Source: Octopus vulgaris (lineage: Eukaryota). Taken from it: 64,000 nt of DNA. The stretch lies in contig OX597818.1 of assembly GCA_951406725.2 (NCBI GenBank), positions 51,274,001 through 51,338,000 of the forward strand, in the 5' to 3' direction. Positions 25,153 through 35,130 of this stretch are shown piece after piece. The notes beneath the pieces are model-generated. The model did no database searches, was not told the DNA's origin, and saw only the letters and a list, made by a program, of their open reading frames with translations. Numbering within the stretch: position 1 is the stretch's first letter; every line of letters begins with the position of its first letter. A program made the position numbers and the translations under genes.

Positions 25153-25365
25153 CGGAGATGTACTCGCATAGCAAGTAATTTGATCTGAGATCGTGTGCTG
25201 AAACGAAAACAATTGCAGCGTGGAAGGTGTTTATAAGCCATTTAAGAAACACACAAAAGCCGTTCGATTCACTCCAACATTTAAGTTTAATTTGTCAAAA
25301 TATTTTCGTCGCTAAAATCCGCGACCTGTTCAATGACAAAGTCCGTGCTGCATCTCTTTTAAAAA
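25151..25365 (-). mobile_element. Penelope-like terminal fragment in (TA)n with a degenerate hammerhead-like fold
   Basis: 25291-25340(-): TTTGTCA-TTGAACAG-GTCGC/GCGAC-GAAAATATTT-TGACAAA; stems I-III present, core non-canonical. Confidence 0.4.
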
Positions 25366-25368
25366 GTT

Positions 25369-25402
<34 letters not shown>

Positions 25403-26109
25403 ACAAGTTTGTATATGTATGTATTATGTATTATATCTGTATAGTTGTCACCATCATCGCTTGACAACTGGCGTTGGTTTGTTTACGTCCCATGATTTGG
25501 TAGTTTTGTAATAAAAATAAAAGAAAAGTACTTATTCGACAGGAGCCGCAGTCAAATGACTGAAATAAGTAAAAGACAAGGATCTTTTCATTTGTGAAGA
25601 GAAAAAAAGATAAATGCACATCATTAATACTAAAATGGTTGGAATAAATAAAAAAATTTTTCAGCTTTTTTATTCTCAGTTTTATGTTTTTTAGGAATTA
25701 TAATTGTAAAACGTATGCACAAATCCAGAATCACCAAATTTACTTCATGAGTTCATGAAATATATTTGCCACAGATTGGGAAAACCCTGGCAAGGATTAT
25801 CTCTGAGAAAGCAGACGATCCAGTCACATGACACATTGATATTCTTTTCTTCTTTTCTTCTTTATTTTTTGTCTTTTACTTGTTTTAGACTTTGGAGTGT
25901 GGGTCATGGTGGGAACGCCGCCTTGAAGAATTTTAGTCGAACAAATCGACGCCAGTCACCTTTTTTTGGGCTGCCTTTTTTTAACGAAAGATCGCCCTTT
26001 TTTTAAAAAAAAAAATCAGTTATTTATTCTATAAAGTTCTTTGGTCGATCGACCTGCTAAAATACAGAACAAAACATACTAGAGGTAGAAATAAACACGA
26101 ACACGCGAG

Positions 26110-26163
26110 TATGTTTGTGTGTGTGTGTGTGTGTGTATGTGTGTGTATGTGTGTGTATGTGTG

Positions 26164-26204
<41 letters not shown>

Positions 26205-26315
26205 GTATACATATATACATATATATAGAGAGAGAGAAAGAGAGAGACATATATGTGTGTGTGTCTACATATATACATATGTGTGTGCGTGTGTGTCTAT
26301 ACATATACATGTGTG

Positions 26316-26363
<48 letters not shown>

Positions 26364-26627
26364 CATATATATACATATATACATATACATATATATATAG
26401 AGAGAGAGAGCGACATATATGTGTGTATGTGTGTGTCTATACATATACATATGTGTGTGTGTCTATACATATACATGTGTGTGTATGTGTACATATATAT
26501 ATATATACATATATATACATATATATACATATATATATACATGTATATATAGAGAGAGCGACAGATATGTGTATGTGTGTGTGTGTGTGTGTGTGTGTAT
26601 ACACATACATATGTGTGTCTATACATA

Positions 26628-26660
<33 letters not shown>

Positions 26661-26662
26661 CT
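26110..26662. repeat. Compound TG/TA/GA microsatellite with about three higher-order units, inside SINE A
   Basis: Recurrent block AGAGAG(C/A)GACA(T/G)ATATGTG...GTCTATACATATACATGTG. Confidence 0.85.
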
Positions 26663-26900
26663 ATCAAAGATTTAGTCGGCCCGGGGATATAGTAGAGAAC
26701 ACTTGCTCAAGGTGTCACATACTAGGATTGAACCCACGAACCATGTGATTGAAGAAGCAAACTTCTTATCACGTAGTCACGCCTCTACACCTATTCATGG
26801 AGTTTATAAAATAACGACATGAATAAGCAGCAAAAATGAAAGAAAGAGTTTTATATACTATAATTATTTAATATTCGTAAGTAAAAAGTTTCATCAGCTG

Positions 26901-26972
26901 TCCTCGGTAGTATAGTGGTAAGTATCCCCGCCTGTCACGCGGGAGACCGGGGTTCGATTCCCCGCCGGGGAG
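26901..26972 (+). tRNA. tRNA-Asp(GTC), array copy 1
   Basis: Matches the consensus. Confidence 0.95.
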
Positions 26973-27058
26973 GCATCTTAATTTTATTGCAAATATTTTA
27001 AATTAAAGCTTTTTAATATATTTATTTGCTATTTATAAGTAAAAGATTTCATCAGCTG

Positions 27059-27129
27059 TCCTCGGTAGTATAGTGGTAAGTATCCCCGCCTGTCACGCGG
27101 GAGACCGGGTTCGATTCCCCGCCGGGGAG
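27059..27129 (+). tRNA. tRNA-Asp(GTC), array copy 2 (1-nt deletion in T-stem; possibly pseudo)
   Basis: GACCGGGTTCG instead of GACCGGGGTTCG; this could be a homopolymer sequencing error. Confidence 0.75.
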
Positions 27130-27215
27130 GCATCTTAATTTTATTGCAAACATTTTAAACTAAAACTTTTTAATATATTTATTTGGTATTTATAAGTAAA
27201 AGATTTCATCAGCTG

Positions 27216-27287
27216 TCCTCGGTAGTATAGTGGTAAGTATCCCCGCCTGTCACGCGGGAGACCGTGGTTCGATTCCCCGCCGGGGAG
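27216..27287 (+). tRNA. tRNA-Asp(GTC), array copy 3 (T-stem G>T)
   Basis: GACCGTGGTTCG. Confidence 0.8.
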
Positions 27288-27373
27288 GCATCTTAATTTT
27301 ATTGCAAACATTTTAAACTAAAACTTTTTAAAATATTTATTTTGTATTTATAAGTAAAAGATTTCATCAGCTG

Positions 27374-27445
27374 TCCTCGGTAGTATAGTGGTAAGTATCC
27401 CCGCCTGTCACGCGGGAGACCGGGGTTCGATTCCCCGCCGGGGAG
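27374..27445 (+). tRNA. tRNA-Asp(GTC), array copy 4
   Basis: Matches the consensus. Confidence 0.95.
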
Positions 27446-27531
27446 GCATCTTAATTTTATTGCAAACATTTTAAACTAAAACTTTTTAATATATTTATTT
27501 GGTATTTATAAGTAAAAGATTTCATCAGCTG

Positions 27532-27603
27532 TCCTCGGTAGTATAGTGGTAAGTATCCCCGCCTGTCACGCGGGAGACCGGGGTTCGATTCCCCGCCGGG
27601 GAG
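27532..27603 (+). tRNA. tRNA-Asp(GTC), array copy 5
   Basis: Matches the consensus. Confidence 0.95.
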
Positions 27604-27689
27604 GCATCTTAATTTTATTGCAAACATTTTAAACTAAAACTTTTTAATATATTTATTTGGTATTTATAAGTAAAAGATTTCATCAGCTG

Positions 27690-27761
27690 TCCTCGGTAGT
27701 ATAGTGGTAAGTATCCCCGCCTGTCACGCGGGAGACCGGGGTTCGATTCCCCGCCGGGGAG
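27690..27761 (+). tRNA. tRNA-Asp(GTC), array copy 6
   Basis: Matches the consensus. Confidence 0.95.
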
Positions 27762-27847
27762 GCATCTTAATTTTATTGCAAACATTTTAAACTAAAACTT
27801 TTTAATATATTTATTTGGTATTTATAAGTAAAAGATTTCATCAGCTG

Positions 27848-27919
27848 TCCTCGGTAGTATAGTGGTAAGTATCCCCGCCTGTCACGCGGGAGACCGGGGT
27901 TCGATTCCCCGCCGGGGAG
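27848..27919 (+). tRNA. tRNA-Asp(GTC), array copy 7
   Basis: Matches the consensus. Confidence 0.95.
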
Positions 27920-28005
27920 GCATCATAATTTTATTCCAAATATTTTAAACAAAAGCTTTTTAATATATTTATTTGATATTTATAAGTAAATGTTTTCATC
28001 AGCTG

Positions 28006-28077
28006 TCCTCGGTAGTATAGTGGTAAGTATCCCCGCCTGTCACGCGGGAGATGGGGGTTCGATTCCCCGCCGGGGAG
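28006..28077 (+). tRNA. tRNA-Asp(GTC), array copy 8 (CC>TG at variable loop/T-stem; possibly pseudo)
   Basis: GAGATGGGGGTTCG instead of GAGACCGGGGTTCG. Confidence 0.7.
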
Positions 28078-28128
28078 GCAACTTAATTCTATTGCAAATA
28101 TCTTAAACTAATTTTTTTTTACTTAGTA

Positions 28129-28517
28129 CTAGCAGCATAGCCCGGCCTTGCTCGGGTTTGTTTCGACCCTTTAGAATTGGGATTTTTGAAAAATAAAAAT
28201 TTTGCATTATGTAGCTTGTTATTCTCTTTAAGTGAACATTTTTCTGGTTGAAATACACCGAAAAATGGTGACACAGCAGTCAAAAAATCGTTAAAAAAGG
28301 GATTTTCATAGAAAAAAGCACCTTTTTGATGTGAATAACATTTGGTGTTAACATGGTCCGATTTGAATTTTTCTTCTATGGAAGGAAGAGCAAGCCTTCT
28401 TCTATCATACTCTCAATTTTGGTCAACTTGCACTGCAGGGTCTCGGAGGAGATAATGTTAGTTGAAGGCTACCAAACCTGCCATACACAGACAACTTCAG
28501 GTTTATATATAGAGAGA
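28129..28517 (-). mobile_element. Complete non-autonomous Helitron (389 bp)
   Basis: Minus strand reads A|TCTCTCTATATATAAA...CCCGAGCAAGGCCGGG (imperfect hairpin) CTATGCTGCTAG|T: 5'-TC, 3'-CTAG, subterminal hairpin, A|T target, no TSD. Confidence 0.8.
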
Positions 28518-29004
28518 TTTGGCTAATTAAAAAATGAGCTGTGGGAAAACATAATAGCTTATGCCTATTTTTTGTCCAGAGCTTAATTCCCTACAAAATC
28601 GTTAGAGAATTGATGAGGAAATGCCTGCAGCATTTAGTCAGAATCCAGATGTTAAAAGACAAAAAAAATCACAGAAGGTCTAATGTCACGATAAGGTGTT
28701 TTCATCTGGGCATACCTACACAAGTGTGCGCCCCACCCCGACGTCTTTGTTTCCTCATAATTTCCAGAAAATGGATATATTTTTATAATGGAATATTCTA
28801 CAAATACGCTTCAGATGATGTAGATTCTGATATAATCGGAATTTTTTATGAAGAAGTTTTTTCAAGGGCGAGAAGAAGAGTTGGTTTTGTTTCCTCATAA
28901 CTTTCTGAAAAATTGATATTTTTAATGAAATTTTCGAAAGGTACCCTTCCCCAAAAAATTTCGTGCTTTGTACCTAGAGTAGAAAAGAATATTAGTTTCA
29001 GAAT

Positions 29005-29403
29005 ATGGTGGTGAGCAGGCAGAAACGTTAGCACGACGGGCCTAAAATCTGCCGGTCAAAGCGAAAAGATCCCTGAGTTCAAATTCCACCGAGGTCGACT
29101 TTGCCTTTCATCCTTTCGGGGTCGATTAAATAGGTACCAGTGACGCACTGAGGTCGATATAATCGACTTAATCCCTTTGTCTGTCCTTGTTTGTTCTCTC
29201 TGTGTTTAGCCCCTTGTGGGTAGTAAAGAAATAGGTATTTCGTCTGGCTTAACGTTCTTAGTTCAAATTCCGCCAAGGTCGACTTTGCCTTTCATCCTTT
29301 TGGAGTCGATAAATTAAGTACCAGCTGCGTACTGAGATCGATCTAATCGACTGCCCCCCTCCCCCAAAATTTCGGTCCCTGAGCCTAGAGTAGAAAAGAA
29401 TAT
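29005..29403 (+). mobile_element. Dimeric SINE B (head, body, tail 1, body, tail 2)
   Basis: Junction GTAAAGAAATA|GGTATTTCGTCTG; the second unit ends ...CCTAGAGTAGAAAAGAATATT. Confidence 0.7.
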
Positions 29404-30234
29404 TCAAATAAAATGTCACTTTTTTTCAGTGACTTTTTTCCTAATTAAAATTGTCCTTTTTTTTTTTTGTAATTTTCTTTCTGGGCTTTTTTAGTTATGG
29501 CTATTCGCTTCATTGAAGTCAATTTGCCTTTCATCCTTCTAGGGTCGATAAAATAATGTACCAGTCATGACATGAATCAATTCCTATAAAGCATCGTAGT
29601 TTTTGAATGGCATTTTTGCAGTCAGTAGCAGGAGAACCAGCAAAACGCTTAGGTTATTTAAATCGGTAGACCAGCATACGTACACAAGAGCATCCACCGA
29701 CTTTGTTTTCTCATAACTTTCAGAAAAATAGATACTATAATGAAATTTTCTACACATAACTTTCAAATAGAGAAAATTACAATTATATCGGAGTTTGTTA
29801 TGCATATGTTTTTCGGAGGAGAGAGGAGTTTCGAAAAATTCACACGGGATGACTTTGTTTCCTCATAACTTAGAAAATGGATTTTTTTTAAATGAAATTT
29901 TCTTTAAATACCTTTTAGATTGTGTAGCTTACGATTATAGTATAATTTAATGGGAAGAACAAAAAGAAAGGAAGAATGGTGGGCGCATAGACATAAATAC
30001 TAACAAATCACATTCTTTTCAAAATTTCAAGTTTCGTCTTGTAGATATGAATGTAAAACTTTTTACTCTTTTACTTGCTTCAGTCATTTGACTGTGACCA
30101 TGCTGGAGCACTGCCTTTAGTCGGGCAAATCGACCCCCAGGACATATTCTTTGTAAGCCTAGTACTTATTCTATCGGTTTCTTTTGCCGTAATATATTTA
30201 TTTGATATTTGTAAGTAAAAGGTTTCATCAGCTG

Positions 30235-30306
30235 TCCTCGGTAGTATAGTGGTAAGTATCCCCGCCTGTCACGCGGGAGACCGGGGTTCGATTCCCCGCC
30301 GGGGAG
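30235..30306 (+). tRNA. tRNA-Asp(GTC) inside SINE A
   Basis: Consensus sequence with the array-type flanks. Confidence 0.9.
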
Positions 30307-30393
30307 GCATCTTATTTTTATTGCAAATATTTTAAATTAAAACTTTTTAATATATTTATTTGATATTTTATAAGTAAAAGGTTTCATCAGCTG

Positions 30394-30466
30394 TCCTCGG
30401 TAGTATAGTGGTAAGTATCCACCGCCTGTCACGCGGGAGACCGGGGATCGATTCCCCGCCGGGGAG
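30394..30466 (+). pseudogene. tRNA-Asp(GTC) probable pseudogene
   Basis: Inserted A (TATCCACCGCC) and B-box change GGTTCG>GGATCG. Confidence 0.75.
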
Positions 30467-31032
30467 GCATCTTATTTGCCGAATTTTTACGGGGACGTAA
30501 ACACACCAGCATCGGTTGTCAAGCGATATTGGGCGACAAACACAGACACACACACACATATATATACAGTATATATAGACATATATACGATGGGCTTCTT
30601 TCAGTTTCCGTCTACCAAATCCACTCACGAGGCTTTGGTCGGCCCGAGGCTATAGTAGAAGACACTTGCCCAAGGTGCCACGCAGTGGGACTGAACCCGG
30701 AACCATGTGTATGTGTATGTGTATGTATGTGTGCACGCTCACCAATGTGTATGTATGTGTGCACGCTCACCATGTGTATGTATGTGTGCACGCTCACCAA
30801 TATTTTTCACATTAGATTCTGATATAATCGTGATCTACACCACTCGAAAAGTATTTGCAGAAAATTTCGTCAAAAAATATCCGTTTTTTTAGACATTTAT
30901 GAGGAAAAAATTCAGCGGGGGCGGCACAATGACTAGGTACAACCAGGTACATTGAGCAGTAGCCTTAAGATCTCCTATGTCTAGGGGGCCAAATTTTGCT
31001 CTACGTAAGTTTTAACTAGCTCTCAATAAATA

Positions 31033-31033
<1 letters not shown>

Positions 31034-31071
<38 letters not shown>

Positions 31072-31078
31072 CAGCAGC

Positions 31079-31115
<37 letters not shown>

Positions 31116-31177
31116 GTAGTAGTAGTAGTAGTAGTAGTAGTAGAAGCAGTAGTAGCAGTAGTAGTAGTAGTAGTAGA
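31034..31177. repeat. (TAG)n/(CAG)n/(TAT)n trinucleotide tract
   Basis: Directly visible. Confidence 0.9.
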
Positions 31178-31389
31178 AATGTAATCGACTTAATACCTAT
31201 GTCTGTCCTTGTTTGTCCCCTCTATGTTTAGCCCCTTGTGGGTAATAAAGAAATAGGTATTAGCAGTAAGTAGTAGTAGTTGCAGCAGCAGCGAAAGTGG
31301 TGGAAGCTGTCGTTAAGGGCCAGGTCAACCCAGGAAAGTTTTCCCTGTTTTAATTAATTCGCTCAGAGCAGTTATCGATTAGGCACTTA

Positions 31390-31510
31390 TAACCAATCAA
31401 AACAGGCTCAAGCTACTTAGCTGTTTCCTCCTACGTCGGTTTACATTTTGGCGGGAAAAACAGTTTGCGGGAGGGGGGGTCATAAGACGGTGTTCGTAGA
31501 TGACGTCACG
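31390..31510. promoter_or_regulatory. Promoter-like motif cluster (CCAAT, E2F, CRE)
   Basis: CCAAT 31393-31397, TTTTGGCGGGAAAA 31446-31459 and TGACGTCA 31501-31508 in unique CpG-containing sequence; no linked gene identified. Confidence 0.35.
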
Positions 31511-32702
31511 GGTGCAAAGGGCTGTTCCACTTTCCCTTGTAATTATGAATGTAGACTCTGTAGAGAGAGAGAAAGTGAAAACAAATCTAAATTTGGAAAT
31601 AGGCATGTCACATGACAGATGACATGTGATCACAGTAACAAGCGTGAGGTAGGAGTTGTCGGGGTGGCAGAATCAATAAGTAGTCCTCCGTGCTAGAAAT
31701 AGCAACCAAATTTCCCTCAATCACACTTCGCCTTTTTTAAAAAATAGATTTCATGGATCTTGCTAAATTTCTTCCAATCACTTAAATTATTTCAAATTTT
31801 CAACAGAATATTTTCTAAAATATCTGGTGAAAATGTGCAAAAAAAGAAGTTACGTCAGTGTACAAAAATCTGGTGGAAATTTGAAACACTTAGAGTGGTT
31901 GGATGTAATTGAAAAAGATCCGACATATAATAATATACTCAGAGATATATAATGTATGGATGGCCACATCTTTGATCATAGATCAATTTGATGAAAGCTG
32001 TCATTGGGATAAACAAGGAAACAAAACATTGAGCTTAGTGTATCGGTTACCAAGTGTTAAAAATTAATGTTTTTAAGCATGTTATCGTAATTACTAAATT
32101 TAGATATCTGAAATAATTCTTATCAACTTTCAAACGTATGATTTTTAGAGGGGTGGCTGACCCTTGTCTAGGCAACAACCCCCATGCGGTAGCTTTTACG
32201 TGTAGATTTGGGCACTACTATACAATACGGGTCCCGTCAATTTATTTCCATTATCTTGAAAATTTGAAGTGGATTTCAGTACGTGCTTTTATGTGGACCA
32301 ACAAATAATAAAGAAGAGTAGGTGTTCTAAAATCCACAAGGTTTTATAATACTAAGAAAGAGATAGAATCTTGCCAGATTCTCAAAAGGCAAGCTAAAAT
32401 ATTTTCATGAAACTTTAGCAATAAAATCAGCCATTTAAGATATTATTTTAAAGTGTTGTAACATGCAGGCTTCCATGAATTCGATCCTGGAATTTTTAAG
32501 ATCCAAAACCAAAACAGCTGGCAAATAATTTTACTCTATTTGGTAATGCTCTTTCTTCTAAGGGTACAAGGCTTGAAATTACATCAACCCCAGTGCTCAA
32601 CTGGTATTTATTTTATCAACCCCAAAAGGATGAAAGCCAAAGCCAACCTTGGCAGAATATGATCTTAGAAGTGGAAGGAAATGGTGTAAGGCATTTTATC
32701 TC

Positions 32703-33341
32703 AAAGGGCCTCTCGCAGTGAAAGGCTGACTGTATGATGCCTGTGTGCAAACAGCCATGCTACACAGCAGTGAGACATGGGTTGTGACCGCTGAGGACGT
32801 GGGTAGGCTTGTAAGAAATGAAGCTTTGTTGGGTGTGTATTGTCAGTGTGCATACACGACAGAGTGTAAGTGTCTTGAGAGAAAAGTTAGGCATAAGAGG
32901 CATCAGATGATGACTGTGCTGATATGGTCATATGATGTGTATGGATGAGGACAGCTGTGTAAAGAGGCGCTGCACTCTGATGATGGATGGAGCCTGTGGA
33001 AGAGGTAGACCCAGGAAAACATGGGGCAAGGTGGTGAAGCATGGTCTTCGAATGTTGGGCCAAGACTCTTGGTGATATACACTGCTTGAGAAGACCCATC
33101 AAGCAGAGTGAGATCATAGTTGAGGCTAGTGTCACATCAATGGTATCCATGCTGGTGGCACATAAAAAGCACCCACTACACTCTTAGAGTGGTTGGCATT
33201 GGGAAGGGCATCCAACCGTAGAAACCATGCCGAATCAGATTGGAACCTGGTGCAGCTCCCTAACTTACCAGTTTTCAGTCAAACTGTCCAACCCATGCCA
33301 GCATGGAAAGTGAATGTTAACTGAGGATGATGATGATGATG
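32703..33341 (+). mobile_element. 5'-truncated RTE LINE (RT C-terminus plus tail)
   Basis: YDACVQTAMLHSSETW...GRGRPRKTW, then the family 3' tail and (GAT)n. Confidence 0.8.
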
Positions 33342-33480
33342 ACACTGATGATCAGTCAGCTTGTCACCTTTATATTTAGTAATATTAACTAAAGATAATT
33401 ACCACTGTTGATTAATAAATACTATATTTAGTAATATCCAGCCAACCATCTGTGACATCATTTTGTGATAGCAGTGATAG

Positions 33481-34247
33481 TAAGTTAAGTTAAGTTTAAT
33501 TTTTTGGCTCAAAAAGCAAAAAGCAAGGCCATGTAGGGGGACATGGAATTATGTACAGGGTGGTGTTCATGCAAAGAGTTCAGGTCATTTCTGATCAAGG
33601 GAAACTTTGAACCGAGCAGTCGTTGGCATCTTCACTATCTTCTCCGGCAGCTTATTCCGCGGATCTGCAACCCAGACGGAGAAAGCCCCTCTCCTTCAAA
33701 TGAGATGAAATCGTCGCAGATAGAGCTTTTCAGAGTGACCCCACAGCCGACGCTCTGGAGCAGGAGTGAAGAACAGCTCTTTTGAGAGGTTACACTTTCC
33801 GCTTAGGATGTTGTGAGCAAGAATGAGATCACCATGGCGGCGGCGTTTTTCTAGAGAATAAAGGTCGAGTGTCTTCAGCCTTTCTTCATAAGACAAATTC
33901 TTGAGACCAAGAACCATGCAGGTAGCCAGCTTCTGGACTCTTTCGAGATGATGTATGTCTTTGAGGAGATAAGGAGAAGAGGCTTGAATCCCGTACTCCA
34001 ATATGGGTCTCACCAGCGTGACATAGAGCGGTAGGAATATGGCTGCTGTAAGCATTCCGAATGACCATCGAATCAAAAACAGAACTCCGCGTGCTTTGTT
34101 GGCAGCATGGACGCACTGGGCCGAAGACGAAAAGGAAGAATCCACCAAGATACCCAGGTCCTTTACCTGGTTGGTCCTCTCCAGCTGCAAATGACCCAGC
34201 TCGAAATCAAGTTGAGTTGCAGAAGAGCCAACAGGCAGATGACAGGA
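33481..34247 (-). mobile_element. CR1-clade LINE, 5'-truncated
   Basis: VKDLGILVD...LYVTLVRPILEY...LERVQKLAT...LSYEERLKTLDLYSLEKRR..GDLI; (AACTT)n tail. Confidence 0.9.
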
Positions 34248-34430
34248 AAGTTTAATGTTTACACATAAAAGATTTATGGGACTTCCTAGAACCGCTTGAC
34301 AGACTTATAAAAACACTTGGATTCAACACTTTTAGGAATTTTTTCATATTGCAGCCAATTAAATCAATTACTTCCAGTTATTGTTGTGTAACCACACTAG
34401 TTGTGATAAAGCAAATCTAATTGATACAGG

Positions 34431-34665
34431 TGGAGGCGTGTGGCTTAGTGGTTAGGGTGTCAGCATCATGATCATAAGATTGTGGTTTCAATTCCTGGAC
34501 CAGGCGACGTGTTGTGTTCTTGAGCAAAACACTTCATTTTATTGCCCTAGTCCACTCAGCTGGCAAAAATGAGTAACGCTGTGATGGACTGGCGTCCCAT
34601 CCAGCTGGGGAACAAATACGCCATTGAAACCAGAAACTGGGCCCATGAGCCTGGTTAGGCTTTAA
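34431..34665 (+). mobile_element. tRNA-derived SINE family C
   Basis: GGAGGCGTGTGGCTTAGTGGTTAGGGTG...GGTTTCAATTCC...GTGTTCTTGAGCAAAACACTT; relatives at about 4498-4710 and 53790-53970. Confidence 0.7.
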
Positions 34666-35130
34666 AAATGTAATGGCAAGTATTTATTGGCCTTTTTCTT
34701 TCCTTTAAAAATTGACATGAACTTTCCGGACAACTCAATATTTTATCTCTCTTTCCTTCACCACATTGGTTACTTCAAATCTGGAAAGCAGATGTTAAAC
34801 AACGACGATGACGATGATGTTTATATGATCAGAAATATAATTTCGAAGTGTTCACGGTGTCATAGTGAGGATCTGATCAAAGATTTTGCAATTAAAAAAA
34901 AAAAAGTAGGAGAAAGCTTTTCAGATATAAAGTGTACAAAAAGAAACATTATTTTCCATCTTAGTACTAGGTTAGTTTCATTTTGAAAAATTAAATTTTA
35001 TTTTATGGTTTATTTCTATTTATATTTTGAATTACATATATGGGGTGCATAAGGTATTTGTGGGTATACGTTAATTTAACTATAGCAGCATATTTATCAA
35101 CTTAATATTTTCTATATTTCAGAATTATGA

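Larger units (their letters stand above)
26860..28128 (+). repeat. 158-bp tandem array of tRNA-Asp units (8 copies)
   Basis: tRNA starts at 26901, 27059, 27216, 27374, 27532, 27690, 27848 and 28006; the AT-rich 86-bp spacer has a T-run terminator and a TATTTATAAG upstream motif. Confidence 0.95.
30062..30708 (-). mobile_element. SINE A interrupted by a two-unit tRNA-Asp insertion
   Basis: SINE sequence stops at CTTTTGCCG (30189) and resumes at TTTGCCGAA (30475). Confidence 0.85.
28714..30939. mobile_element. Old DNA element with about 130-bp degenerate inverted termini, carrying nested SINEs
   Basis: 28714-28845 resembles the reverse complement of 30810-30939 (TACCTA..TGTGC(C)GCCCC..TTTCCTCATAA..GGATAT..CAAATAC..TGTAGAT); the module recurs at about 28880, 29700 and 29850. 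Confidence 0.5.

Noticed and set aside
26029-26748. Many overlapping YI/VC/HT-rich ORFs (also 44447-46968, 50727-51163, 54693-55001)
   Set aside because: Translations of TA/TG/GA/GATA microsatellites.
26860-28128. CRISPR-like regular repeat array
   Set aside because: The repeats are tRNA-Asp genes and the spacers are near-identical rather than unique; eukaryotic context with no cas genes.
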